From assembly GCA_040876345.1 (NCBI GenBank), contig JBBDPM010000001.1:33619-97618 (forward strand): a stretch of 64,000 nucleotides of DNA, given 5' to 3'. The notes beneath the pieces are model-generated. The model was not told the origin of the DNA. It saw only the letters and a program-made list of their open reading frames with translations, and did no database searches. A program made the translations under genes and the position numbers. Source of the stretch: Candidatus Woykebacteria bacterium. Lineage in GTDB: Bacteria; Patescibacteriota; Microgenomatia; Woykebacterales; RBG-16-39-9b. Shown here one piece after another: positions 42,365 through 52,035 of this stretch (the first letter of the stretch is position 1; each line of letters opens with the position of its first letter).

Positions 42365-42765
42365 ATGATTTCTGACGTATTAGCAGTTTACAAGTTTTTA
42401 AAGGAGACCGTAGAGGATATTACAGTGATAGAAGCTTTATTCTCTTATGATGGTATCCTGGTGGAAGGGGATGAAGTTATAAAAATAAGACTGCACGGCA
42501 CTCCTGGTCAAGATAGAGTTTGGTTTTATGAGGTTTTACCCTATGAAGATTACATTTTTGTTCCTTTTCCTGTAAACCCCGCAGTCTATGTCGATTATGG
42601 TAAACAGAACGGTAAAGAAAACCCCAATGCAAAGTTTTTTTTAGGTATGTTGCTAGCCCGCTATCTAAATATTCGCAAGGTGGAGAGGAAAACGTAGAAT
42701 TAGATTTTATAGTTTTTGGATACAAGCCTACTGATTTGATAAAAGCACGTAAAAATAAGGGCTAA
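42365..42765 (+). CDS. Hypothetical protein, probably frameshifted at a T8 run
   Basis: ORF 42365-42697; an alternative frame after 42635-42642 stays open to TAA at 42765. Confidence 0.5.
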
Positions 42766-42860
42766 GCCGCTTGGAAGAACCTGCTTAAGTTCGTAAGACT
42801 AAAGTCAAAAGAGTTAATTTGAGGCCAGAGGTTCCTTAAATCGTCCAATAAGGCCGACCA
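42762..42860 (+). repeat. Array repeat 3
   Basis: Minus strand reads WSALLDDLRNLWPQINSFDFSLTNLSRFFQAA*. Confidence 0.9.
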
Positions 42861-42927
42861 ATGAAGTTCGTGCCTGAGTTACTATATCTTAACGTATCAG
42901 GGCTGGTGTGTTATCGAACCTCTGAGG

Positions 42928-43410
42928 CTAAGTTTTACTGGACGATTGTTTTAGTAGCTTAGGCCAATTTTCAATAACTTCTTCAAGTTTGTCATACTCG
43001 TAGTAAACTACTTCACCACTTTCAATTAGCCCGCGAACAATTTTTCCAATTCTCCTATCAAACTTCTTCCCCTTTATAATTATTATTGGTGTATAAGGTA
43101 AACCCATCCTAGGTTTGTCAATGGCACGTTGAATTACCATTGACCGACCTTCGCTTGGTGCGGATATTTCAGCAAGTAGAAGGTCAGATTCATCAATCCA
43201 TTTTATGTGAACTTCTCTTTGTTCCCTAAACGTAGGCTTTCTGTTCAATCCCAATTCCTTCTGTAGAAATAAATCTGGGTCGGTTGCAAATACGTATTCG
43301 GCTCGGTAAAGTTTGTGACCTTCGTCTTGTAGGAAAGTCATTAGCTTCCTTAGGTTTACATCAGATTCGCCACCACTAACCTCTGGGTCAACACTGAAAT
43401 ATATCTTCAT
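42928..43410 (-). CDS. Hypothetical protein, nucleoside 2-deoxyribosyltransferase/DNPH1-like
   Basis: MKIYFS, IDESDLLLAEISAPSEG; start at MKIYF. Confidence 0.6.
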   Translation of the reverse strand: MKIYFSVDPEVSGGESDVNLRKLMTFLQDEGHKLYRAEYVFATDPDLFLQKELGLNRKPTFREQREVHIKWIDESDLLLAEISAPSEGRSMVIQRAIDKPRMGLPYTPIIIIKGKKFDRRIGKIVRGLIESGEVVYYEYDKLEEVIENWPKLLKQSSSKT

Positions 43411-43523
43411 AGATGCCATTCTAGCATTTTTGGTGTAAAATTCGAACTGATAAAAATATAGTAAAATAAATAAAGGGTCTGTAGTTCCACAGACACCTGA
43501 ACCTATATTAGTTACACAAAAAG

Positions 43524-44666
43524 ATGGAAAAGTTGAGAAATAAACTCGGAAATAAAGTAATTTTTGGAATTGTAGCAATCATAATTTTGCTTGCCCTTTC
43601 GTTTGTTTTCGGCCGTATTTTTACTAAAGAAGCAATAAATCCTTCTCATACAACTAATACAAAAACGGAAAATTGCACTAATCCTGTGTTCACCGAGTAT
43701 TTCGTTGATCCAAAATTCGTGCAAAAGGTTGGGCAAGTTGGAGTGGTTCATGGTTCTGGACTCTATATTGTAGAGCGTTCGTATGTAAGCGTAAAAAATG
43801 AATTTACCGGACAGAAAGTGCCGGTGTATGCCCCAGTTAATATGACGGTTCTCTCCGGCAGCCATTATATCAATCCCGCAGCTTCCAGCACTGCCTTGCC
43901 AGATTGGGCTCTTTGGTTTGACGCTGGCTGCAATGTGGAAGTAAATCTTGCCCATCTTAAGGAAGTTGTAGATCCAATTGCGGTGCAGCTGCCTGAAGCA
44001 AAAAAAGATAGCAGAAGCACCCAACTAAAACCTCAGCAATTCAAAGCGGGGGATCTTATCGGATACTTCATTTATAACCAGGGAGATGTTGCCGGTTTTG
44101 ATTTCATCGTCAGAGATAAAAAGGTGGTTAATCAATTTATCAATCAGGAGAGATATTCTGGCAATAGAGCGTCAAACTTGATTAACGGTGTCTGCCCTTA
44201 TGATTATTACGAATCTAGAAAAAAAGAAACCTACTACAATTTGCTCGGAGGAGGCGGGGGAACCCTGTTTAAGGTCAAAGACTGCGGCAAGTCTTCGAGG
44301 GATGTGGCGGGAACTATTTCAGGGATGTGGTTTTTGGACAAAGAACCGCAGGAAAATATATATGACAGTTATAAAGATGGGCATTACGGTAGTACCTTAT
44401 CTATTGTTGGAGACGAAGAAAGAGTCACCATAGGCAATTTGGGCACGAGCAATGTCTCCTGGACCCTCAGCAAAAATCCAACCTACAAACTCCCGGAAGA
44501 AGTCGCAAACCAACACTGCTACCAGTTAGACGTATTCACACCTGGGGAAACTAGTGGGTGGGTGTATTTAAAGCTCATTTCTGAAGTTGAACTTGATGTG
44601 GTGTTTTCGCAAACAGGAACTTGCCCGTCTGCATTTCCTGGAAACGCAAAGAGATATTATAAGTAG
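43524..44666 (+). CDS. Membrane-anchored extracytoplasmic hypothetical protein
   Basis: 380 aa; N-terminal TM, several Cys; PVYAP...KAGDLIG recalls the M23 fold. Confidence 0.7.
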   Translation: MEKLRNKLGNKVIFGIVAIIILLALSFVFGRIFTKEAINPSHTTNTKTENCTNPVFTEYFVDPKFVQKVGQVGVVHGSGLYIVERSYVSVKNEFTGQKVPVYAPVNMTVLSGSHYINPAASSTALPDWALWFDAGCNVEVNLAHLKEVVDPIAVQLPEAKKDSRSTQLKPQQFKAGDLIGYFIYNQGDVAGFDFIVRDKKVVNQFINQERYSGNRASNLINGVCPYDYYESRKKETYYNLLGGGGGTLFKVKDCGKSSRDVAGTISGMWFLDKEPQENIYDSYKDGHYGSTLSIVGDEERVTIGNLGTSNVSWTLSKNPTYKLPEEVANQHCYQLDVFTPGETSGWVYLKLISEVELDVVFSQTGTCPSAFPGNAKRYYK

Positions 44667-44709
44667 GCAACTAAAATCCGGTTTTTAGCCAGCCTTCTAA
44701 AGAGCGATA

Positions 44710-44805
44710 CTAAACTGTAAGAAATCTGTTTAGATTATTTGGAGAGAAGTCAAAACTGTTAAGTCGAGGCCAGGAGTACCTTATATCGTCCAACAAGGCC
44801 GACCA
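44710..44805 (+). repeat. Array repeat 4
   Basis: Minus strand reads WSALLDDIRYSWPRLNSFDFSPNNLNRFLTV*. Confidence 0.88.
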
Positions 44806-44918
44806 GAAAACTCGTGCCTAGATTTAATCCCTAGAAAATGAAGTTTCGCAAAGCTCGAAGAGATTTATATCAAATAGATCAGGATGAGGAGAATCGGACC
44901 TTGAATCTAATAGGGAAG

Positions 44919-45635
44919 TCACTTAGATACAATAAGACTTGCGAACATTGTTGAAGCGTGAGCACTACAGTGGTAGTTGTATTGACCTAAAATAGTGAAT
45001 GTTTGGGAAAAAGTTTGTCCCTGAGTCAACTCTCTTGAGTTCTGTTCCTGAAAATAAGTGTGTTCTGGGTGAGTTTCTGTATTAACAAAATGTCCAACAC
45101 TATCTTGATTTATCCAAACAACTTTAGTTCCTGGTGAAATAATTACTTTATCCTCCCCAAACTTAATATCTCTCATATCAATCGCAACTTCTGCTTGACC
45201 TCTTAAATCTTTGTATGAGGATTTTTTTGAGGAATCAATTGTAAATGAAAAATTACCCTCGTGGCAGCTCTCGTCAGGCCAGCAAGCAGAGTATTTTACA
45301 ATATATTCGCCATCAGGCATTTCTCCCTTTAAGGTTCTTTTCAGAGCTGTTTTTGAATCCTCAATTAAAACCTCTCCTTCTGACCACTCTGTATCAGAAT
45401 TATCTCTAACAGATAGGTTACTTGTCTCGGAAAGGTCAAAATCAAAGTTTATTGTCACGTTTATTGGTTGGGCTGCATAGATCTCACTATGTAGTGGGGT
45501 TGAGTCTAGAAAGTGTGGGGTCTTTTTCTGCCCTTGTGAAGAAGTTTTGTCTTGTTTAAGAAAAATTACTATTCCGACCACAACCAAAAGTATAACAACA
45601 GCTAGACAGGTTAAAATTAAATGGTTTAGTTTCAT
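44919..45635 (-). CDS. CopC-like plus cupredoxin (plastocyanin-like) fusion protein
   Basis: HFLDSTP...G.FSF; GTKVVWINQD..GH...YHCSAHASTM. Confidence 0.8.
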   Translation of the reverse strand: MKLNHLILTCLAVVILLVVVGIVIFLKQDKTSSQGQKKTPHFLDSTPLHSEIYAAQPINVTINFDFDLSETSNLSVRDNSDTEWSEGEVLIEDSKTALKRTLKGEMPDGEYIVKYSACWPDESCHEGNFSFTIDSSKKSSYKDLRGQAEVAIDMRDIKFGEDKVIISPGTKVVWINQDSVGHFVNTETHPEHTYFQEQNSRELTQGQTFSQTFTILGQYNYHCSAHASTMFASLIVSK

Positions 45636-46117
45636 AGTTTAACCGAGAAACCAAAAGAACCTTGATGGCAGCTCCCATCTGGCCAGCAAGCACTGTAAGA
45701 AACGCTGTAGTTTCCAGTTTGAGCGGCGTTTACGAGAACACTCATATTAAGCTTGTCGGAACTTATTTGCTTTTCTCCCGTAACAACACTAGACCCATCG
45801 CGTGTGACTTCAATAATCGAGTTGTTCGCCAGGTCAAAGTTAAACTGAATTGATACCTGATTTAAACTTGTGATTAAAAGCTCATTATTTGCTGGGGTAC
45901 TAGACACATAGTGCGGGGTCTTAATATTCTGGAAAGTATCCTGGGTAAATTCTGAGTTTGAATTGTTTGTTGGATTTTTTTCTTCAGCTATATTTGTAGA
46001 TGAATTTGATGAGACGGTTGTGTCCTCACTAGTGTTATTGGTTACATAGAGAATAATAACGATTGTTACTATTGCCAGAACCACGATAAAAGCTGAAATA
46101 ATAACTACTTTTTTCAT
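45632..46117 (-). CDS. CopC-like protein
   Basis: HYVSSTPAN...YSACWPDGSCHQGSFGF. Confidence 0.7.
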   Translation of the reverse strand: MKKVVIISAFIVVLAIVTIVIILYVTNNTSEDTTVSSNSSTNIAEEKNPTNNSNSEFTQDTFQNIKTPHYVSSTPANNELLITSLNQVSIQFNFDLANNSIIEVTRDGSSVVTGEKQISSDKLNMSVLVNAAQTGNYSVSYSACWPDGSCHQGSFGFSVKL

Positions 46118-46141
46118 TCTAAGCTATTTTAACACATAAAA

Positions 46142-46240
46142 TTACAATCCCGACTTGAAACGGTTTAAATTCTCAGGACTAAAATTAAAGGAGTTGATTT
46201 GACGCCAGAGGTTCCTGAAATCGTCCAACAAGGCCGACCA
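46142..46240 (+). repeat. Array repeat 5
   Basis: Minus strand reads WSALLDDFRNLWRQINSFNFSPENLNRFKSGL*. Confidence 0.9.
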
Positions 46241-46306
46241 ATTAATTTCGTGCCTAAGTTACTATATCTTACTGTATCAGGGTTGAGGAGAATCGGACTT
46301 CTGAAG

Positions 46307-46684
46307 CTAATTCTTTACTGCTACCATACTAATTTCAACGTTGGCACCGAGAGGTAATTCTTTTACACAAACTGTTTCACGAGCTGGAAAAGGGTCGGAC
46401 AAGTAACTTCCATATACTTCATTAATTTTTCCATAAACTGACATATCAGTAACATAAATTGTGGATTTAACTACATTGGCAAACGATACATCCGCTGCTT
46501 CAAGTATAGCTTTTAAGTTTTTCATTATCTGATGTGTTTGTTCTTCGATAGTTCCTTCCAGAAGTTTCCCTTCTGTAGTTAAGTAAATTTGACCAGAAGT
46601 ATATACAAAGTTATTAGCAACGATTGCCTGTGAAAAAGGCCCTGTGGCTTTTGGAGCTTTATCTGTTTCAACTTTTGTTTTCAT
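46307..46684 (-). CDS. RidA/YjgF/UK114 reactive intermediate deaminase
   Basis: GPFSQA, SGQI, PAR, LP.GANVEI. Confidence 0.93.
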   Translation of the reverse strand: MKTKVETDKAPKATGPFSQAIVANNFVYTSGQIYLTTEGKLLEGTIEEQTHQIMKNLKAILEAADVSFANVVKSTIYVTDMSVYGKINEVYGSYLSDPFPARETVCVKELPLGANVEISMVAVKN

Positions 46685-46745
46685 TACTGACATTCTACCA
46701 TTTTTAGGGCTTTTTATAAATTTAGTCTTTCTGTATAATGTCGTC

Positions 46746-48122
46746 ATGCCTAAATTAGTTTCAACAAATCCCGCTAAAAACTATGAGCTTGTTGGAGAAG
46801 TAAGTGTTTCGACTGCTTCTGAAATAGCAGAGAATGTAAAAAAGGCTCAAGCTACAAAAGAAGCTTGGAAAGAACTGGGCGTTAAAAAACGAGTCGAGTT
46901 GATGAAACCAATAGTCGAGGAGTTTGAAGGACGCCAAGGGGAGGTTGCTCAGATAATAACCAAGGAGGTAGGAAAGCCAATACGGCAGAGTCGTGATGAA
47001 GTTAGAGGTTACATAGGAGATTTTAAGTGGTTTATAGAAAACGTTGAATCTTCTCTCGCTGAGCAAGTAACTTTTGAAGACGAAAAATCATTACATAAGA
47101 TGGTTCATGAACCAAGTGGCGTTGCTGCCGTAATCACACCATGGAATTTTCCCTTTGGCATGGCCGTTTGGGGAATCGTCCCAAATTTATTAGTTGGTAA
47201 TACTGTTGTTTTCAAGACTTCTGAGGAGTGCCCTTTACTTGGAAAGGTAGTTGAAGAAATTTTTCTAAACCATGATTTGCCTGATGGGGTTTTTGCTGAG
47301 GTGTATGGTAACGGGAACGTTGGCGAACAATTGGCCAAGAGTGATATCAATCTAATTTGGTTCACTGGTAGCTCAAAAACAGGTGGATTCTTGTACAAAA
47401 TCGCTGCCGATAAGTTTGTAAAAGTGATTTTGGAAATGGGCGGTTCCAACCCTGGTATTGTTTTTGAGGATGTAGATATAGAAAAGGCAGCAAATATTAT
47501 GGCTGATGCGAGGCTTCTTAATTGTGGTCAAGACTGCTCTGCTGTTAAAAGACTCCTTGTTGAAGAATCAATTTACAAGGAATTCATTCCTCATCTCAAA
47601 AAGACATTTAAGTCAAAAGTTATTGGTAGCCCAGATGATGAAAAAACTGATGTAGGTAGTCTGGTGGCCAAGAGGCAGTTGGAATTATTAGAGGGTCAAG
47701 TTAACGACTCTTTAGATAAAGGAGCGAAAATAGTTTATCAGGCTAAACTTCCAAAAAATCTAAAGGGTGCCTTTTATCCCCTCACAATTTTAAACAACAT
47801 CGATAAGGACATGAGAGTTTGGAGAGAAGAAGTTTTTGGACCAGTTCTTTCTGTGGTTCCATTCAAAACCGAGGAAGAAGCTGTGGAATTTGCTAATGAT
47901 ACTATCTATGGCTTGGGTAGCAGAATAATTTCTAATGATAAAGAAAAAATAGACAGAGTTGCATCGAAAATTGAAGCAGGAACAGTTGAGGTTAATAAAG
48001 GCGACCGATGGCTTCTCTGCAATCCTTATGGCGGTTATAAAAATTCGGGAATGGGTATTGAACATGGAACCAGAGGTTTTCAAGAGCTTTGCAGGGTGAA
48101 AATTATTGCTTACTCGAAATAG
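46746..48122 (+). CDS. Aldehyde dehydrogenase family protein
   Basis: PWNFP, FTGS, EMGG, GQDC, EEVFGPV. Confidence 0.95.
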   Translation: MPKLVSTNPAKNYELVGEVSVSTASEIAENVKKAQATKEAWKELGVKKRVELMKPIVEEFEGRQGEVAQIITKEVGKPIRQSRDEVRGYIGDFKWFIENVESSLAEQVTFEDEKSLHKMVHEPSGVAAVITPWNFPFGMAVWGIVPNLLVGNTVVFKTSEECPLLGKVVEEIFLNHDLPDGVFAEVYGNGNVGEQLAKSDINLIWFTGSSKTGGFLYKIAADKFVKVILEMGGSNPGIVFEDVDIEKAANIMADARLLNCGQDCSAVKRLLVEESIYKEFIPHLKKTFKSKVIGSPDDEKTDVGSLVAKRQLELLEGQVNDSLDKGAKIVYQAKLPKNLKGAFYPLTILNNIDKDMRVWREEVFGPVLSVVPFKTEEEAVEFANDTIYGLGSRIISNDKEKIDRVASKIEAGTVEVNKGDRWLLCNPYGGYKNSGMGIEHGTRGFQELCRVKIIAYSK

Positions 48123-48142
48123 GAGTAGTTTAAGATTCAAAT

Positions 48143-49075
48143 ATGAAAATTGTAATCACGGACAGAATTAATTTTCCTGCTGATACTATGGATAGGTTAA
48201 GGAAAGTTCCAGGAATAGAGATTTATGACGATGTGCCTGATAAGGAAATGGTGATCGAAAGAATCAAAGACGCGGATGTTGCAACCGCTTGGTACGTGGA
48301 TATTACTCGAGAAATAATTGAAGCGACGAATATACTTAAATATATTATTGTGCCTGCCGTTGCTACTGATTGGGTTGACAAGGAAGCCGCAAAGGAAAAA
48401 GGTATAAAAGTCCTGAACTGCCCTACCTTTAATTCTCAAGCAGTTGCCGAACACGCTATCGCCTTGATGTTTGCGGTAAAGAGGCAAATTGTGGCCGCGA
48501 ACTTGCAGATTTTGAATGGTGGGTTCAACTCAAAAAACTTTGAAGGAACTGAGGTCAAAGAAAAAACTCTAGTTACTTTCGGATACGGCAATATTGGTAA
48601 AAAGGTTATTGAAATGGCCAAGGGGTTGGGAATGGAAACAGGCTATATAAACACAAAAACAAGTGAGCAAGAAGCCGAACAACTACTCAAAAAAGCAGAC
48701 GTTTTGGTGATGTGCTTATCTCTAAGCGAAAAGTCTAAGGAAATCTTAAACTCTGAAAGACTTTCCCTGCTAAAAACTTCTGCGGTAGTTATCAACGTGG
48801 CAAGAGGGTTGGTGATAGAACAAGACGCTTTTTATAAAGCACTAACTGAAGGAGAACTAGCAGGGGCGGGAATTGATACTTTCCCAAATGACGAAACCAC
48901 TACCACTGATGGTAAAACACCCGAGCACATCCTCAAGTTTGCCAAACTTCCCAATGTTGTAGCTACTCCTCATATGGGTTTTAAGACAAAAGAATCTATG
49001 GAAAGGCTTGGAGATGAACTAATTAAGAATATTGAAAGCTGCATTAAAGGCAATCCCACCAATGTAGTTAATTAG
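48143..49075 (+). CDS. D-isomer specific 2-hydroxyacid dehydrogenase
   Basis: AVAEH, GYGNIG, INVARG, TPHMG. Confidence 0.92.
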   Translation: MKIVITDRINFPADTMDRLRKVPGIEIYDDVPDKEMVIERIKDADVATAWYVDITREIIEATNILKYIIVPAVATDWVDKEAAKEKGIKVLNCPTFNSQAVAEHAIALMFAVKRQIVAANLQILNGGFNSKNFEGTEVKEKTLVTFGYGNIGKKVIEMAKGLGMETGYINTKTSEQEAEQLLKKADVLVMCLSLSEKSKEILNSERLSLLKTSAVVINVARGLVIEQDAFYKALTEGELAGAGIDTFPNDETTTTDGKTPEHILKFAKLPNVVATPHMGFKTKESMERLGDELIKNIESCIKGNPTNVVN

Positions 49076-49107
49076 TTAAGATTGCTATATCAGGCTATAA
49101 TTAGTCT

Positions 49108-49650
49108 ATGACCTTTCTTAAAGTAATACGGCTTGGACATCCTAAATTGAGATCTAAATCAAAACAAGTAAGTAAAAAGGAACTGTCTTCAAAAACTTTT
49201 CAGAAGTTTTTGGACGATTTAGCCGAAACTTGTTTGAAATATAACGGGGCTGGAATAGCAGCCCCGCAGGTTGGGGTAAATAAAAGAGTAATTGTAGTTC
49301 ATGTAGATCCAAAGAACCCCCGTTATCCAAATAAGAAACCGTTTCCCCTTTCCATAGTCATTAACCCAAAAATAGTTAAACGCTCATCTAAAATAACTGA
49401 TGATTGGGAAGGAGATCTGTCCGCTGGTATTATAGGTCTTGTGCCAAGACCGAATGCCTGCACTGTGGTAGGACTTGATAGAAAAGGTAAAGAGGTAACT
49501 TTCAAACTCACTTATGGTTTCCATGCGAAAGTTTTTCAACACGAGATCGATCATTTAAACGGTGTTTTCTTTATTGATAGGGTTAAAAAGAACAACACAA
49601 TCAGTGAGTTGGCAGAATGGGAGAAATATTGGAAGGACAAGAAGATTTAG
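49108..49650 (+). CDS. def: Peptide deformylase with atypical EGDLS motif
   Basis: GAGIAAPQVG, EGDLS, QHEIDHL. Confidence 0.85.
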   Translation: MTFLKVIRLGHPKLRSKSKQVSKKELSSKTFQKFLDDLAETCLKYNGAGIAAPQVGVNKRVIVVHVDPKNPRYPNKKPFPLSIVINPKIVKRSSKITDDWEGDLSAGIIGLVPRPNACTVVGLDRKGKEVTFKLTYGFHAKVFQHEIDHLNGVFFIDRVKKNNTISELAEWEKYWKDKKI

Positions 49651-49838
49651 TTAGGATAATAATAAACTGCGGTTCCTTTTCTTTCTTTTCTCACTAAACC
49701 TCTTTTAATGAGAGTATCTCGGAAACTGGCAGTATGAGGTTTACCCAATACACGATTTAATTCAGAAGGTCTGATTCCTGGATTATTTTTAATGATTAAA
49801 AGCATTTCCTCCAAAAACTTTTCCCTAAAGCTTTTCAT
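49647..49838 (-). CDS. Small winged-helix protein
   Basis: NPGIRPSEL...LIKRGLVRKE..G..VYY. Confidence 0.7.
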   Translation of the reverse strand: MKSFREKFLEEMLLIIKNNPGIRPSELNRVLGKPHTASFRDTLIKRGLVRKERKGTAVYYYPN

Positions 49839-49880
49839 AGCTGCCATTCTAGCATTTTTGGTGTAAGATACAAACATATG
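49836..49880. promoter_or_regulatory. Shared bidirectional -10 module (cleanest copy)
   Basis: CAT-agctgcc-ATTCTAgCA-tttttgg-tgTAAGAT-acaaacat-ATG. Confidence 0.7.
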
Positions 49881-50417
49881 AAACGTGGTCCGTTTAAAAT
49901 AAAAAGTTCTAAGCTCATTTATAAAAACGATTGGATAGAAGTACGAGAAGATGAAATCATTCGACCTAACGGGAAAGAAGGTGTTTTTGGCATTGTGGAA
50001 GGGGCTTCTGGCTCATCGATTGTCGCTTTGACCAAGGATAATGAAGTTTACCTCACCGAAGAATATCGCTACGCTCAAGATAAAATTACATACGAACTGC
50101 CAAGCGGTGCGATAGATAAGGGGGAGACACCTCTTGATTCGGCAAAAAGAGAACTGAAGGAGGAAACTGGTCTGACTGCAAATAAATGGGCTGATTTGGG
50201 TTATATAAATCCACTTACCGTTATCCTTAAGTCTCTGAACTATATGTTTCTTGCAGAGCAACTAAGGGAAGGTGAGGCTGAAGATGAGGAAAGCGACTTA
50301 ATCGAACTTAAAAAGGTTTCTTTAATTAAGTGTTTAGAAATGATTGAGAAGGGCCAGATAACTCATGCAGCTAGCGTGGTCGCTATACTAAAAGTTGCAA
50401 AATTAAAGGAATTATAA
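49878..50417 (+). CDS. NUDIX hydrolase (ADP-ribose pyrophosphatase-like)
   Basis: ELPSGAIDKGETPLDSAKRELKEETG. Confidence 0.93.
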   Translation: MKRGPFKIKSSKLIYKNDWIEVREDEIIRPNGKEGVFGIVEGASGSSIVALTKDNEVYLTEEYRYAQDKITYELPSGAIDKGETPLDSAKRELKEETGLTANKWADLGYINPLTVILKSLNYMFLAEQLREGEAEDEESDLIELKKVSLIKCLEMIEKGQITHAASVVAILKVAKLKEL

Positions 50418-50516
50418 AGTCATACAATTTAGAAATCTACCGAGGTTAGCTAAACTAAAGTCGAACGAATTTAGTGTAGGCCAGAGGTTCCGAATATCGT
50501 CCAACAAGGCCAACCA
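50412..50516 (+). repeat. Array repeat 6
   Basis: Minus strand reads WLALLDDIRNLWPTLNSFDFSLANLGRFLNCMTL*. Confidence 0.88.
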
Positions 50517-50604
50517 TTGCGTCTAACACGACCATTGACAAATAAAGTTTACAAGTTTACAATGTAAGAAGTTTGAAAATTAAACACAATGTTAGGAGTA
50601 TACA

Positions 50605-50886
50605 ATGGAAAATAAAAATCAAGAAAAATGGGTAAAAATACTTGGTAAAGGAATGCTGACTCTTCCTAAAGAATGGAGGGATGAGGCAGGTATTGATACC
50701 GGTGATGTCGTCAAGGCAAAAAAGGAAAGAAATAAGATCGTTATCGAATTAAAAGATCAAACCAAGAAAGTTCCCTATCGTACTTACACCGACTCTGAAC
50801 TAGATGAATTTTTAAAAGAAGATAAGCTTCCTAAAAGCCTTTCCGAAAGAATCGATAGGTTTTTGTCCACCGCCAAAAATAAATGA
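50605..50886 (+). CDS. AbrB/MazE family antitoxin
   Basis: KGMLTLPKEWR...GD.V. Confidence 0.88.
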   Translation: MENKNQEKWVKILGKGMLTLPKEWRDEAGIDTGDVVKAKKERNKIVIELKDQTKKVPYRTYTDSELDEFLKEDKLPKSLSERIDRFLSTAKNK

Positions 50887-51314
50887 GGGTATTTTTTGAT
50901 GCCTCAGTAATCATCGCCGCTTTCCTCTCCCCGGCCGGTGGCTCAGCAAAAACTCTTAAACTTATTAAATCGGGACTGATAAGGGGTGTTACTTCTCAGA
51001 CTGTTATAGAAGAAGCATTGGAAGAAAAGCACCTGCTCAAAATAAAAAGTTCCAAGCAGGATTTAGAAGGGTTTATTGCTAGCAGTGGTTTAATTGTACG
51101 AAGCCAAATCACTCCAGACGAAATTACTCCTTATCAAAACTTAATCGACCCAGATGATGCACATCTTATCGCAGGAGCAAATTTGACAAAGTGTACCCAT
51201 CTCGTAACTCTAGATAAGAAGCATTTACTCCGAGCAGATATAAAAGAAAAATTCTCACCACTTCGCATCGTTTCACCAAAAGAGCTCTTAGAAGATGGGG
51301 TTAGAAGTAACTAA
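50883..51314 (+). CDS. PIN domain toxin
   Basis: FFDASV, DPDDAHL, LVTLD. Confidence 0.9.
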   Translation: MRVFFDASVIIAAFLSPAGGSAKTLKLIKSGLIRGVTSQTVIEEALEEKHLLKIKSSKQDLEGFIASSGLIVRSQITPDEITPYQNLIDPDDAHLIAGANLTKCTHLVTLDKKHLLRADIKEKFSPLRIVSPKELLEDGVRSN

Positions 51315-51351
51315 CGACACTTCTAGCATTTTTTGAGTAGGATACAAAGTT

Positions 51352-52035
51352 ATGAAGAAACCTTCTTTAAATTATGACGCAGGGATCATTCTTGGCGGAG
51401 GTCGTTACGATGAAAATATTTTGACACCATTAAGTAAGATGCGTCTGGATAAGGGGTGGGAACTTTATAATCAAGGTATCATTCCTAAGATTATTTTACC
51501 AGGCTCTAATTATGGTACTTACATTCCAAAGGCAACAAAGTTTGAAAAGACCACCGCTAAATTACGGAAAGAGTATTTGTTAGCTAAAGGAAGTGTAAAG
51601 GACGAAGCTATTATCTTAGCTGAAGAAGGAAGAGATACGATTTATGAGGCATTTGCAGTCCGTAAGAAAGCAAAGGAGCTTGGATTGAAGAATCTCCTAC
51701 TTATTACTTCCGAGCGTCACATGCCTAGAGCCTTTTTTATTTTCAAAAGTATATTCGGTAGTGATTTAAAAGTATACACAAATAAACTGAGTGAGGTTGT
51801 TACTGGGAATATTCTAATAGGTGATGAAGAAAAGGAATATTTATCCTTGGTTAAAGAGCTGTTTAGTTCTATGCCAGAAACTATCCCCCAACCTGATAGT
51901 TGGGAGAATTGGTACTCTGAACATTTAGATTTTTATAGTAACTACAAAAGGATTCATGATAGGTTTCACCCACCGGGAAAAGAATCCCAAGCCTATACTC
52001 TCGGGGCAAAAAAGATTAAACTCATACAACTATGA
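51352..52035 (+). CDS. YdcF/DUF218 family protein
   Basis: IILGGG, RDT..EA, LITSERHMPRA. Confidence 0.85.
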   Translation: MKKPSLNYDAGIILGGGRYDENILTPLSKMRLDKGWELYNQGIIPKIILPGSNYGTYIPKATKFEKTTAKLRKEYLLAKGSVKDEAIILAEEGRDTIYEAFAVRKKAKELGLKNLLLITSERHMPRAFFIFKSIFGSDLKVYTNKLSEVVTGNILIGDEEKEYLSLVKELFSSMPETIPQPDSWENWYSEHLDFYSNYKRIHDRFHPPGKESQAYTLGAKKIKLIQL

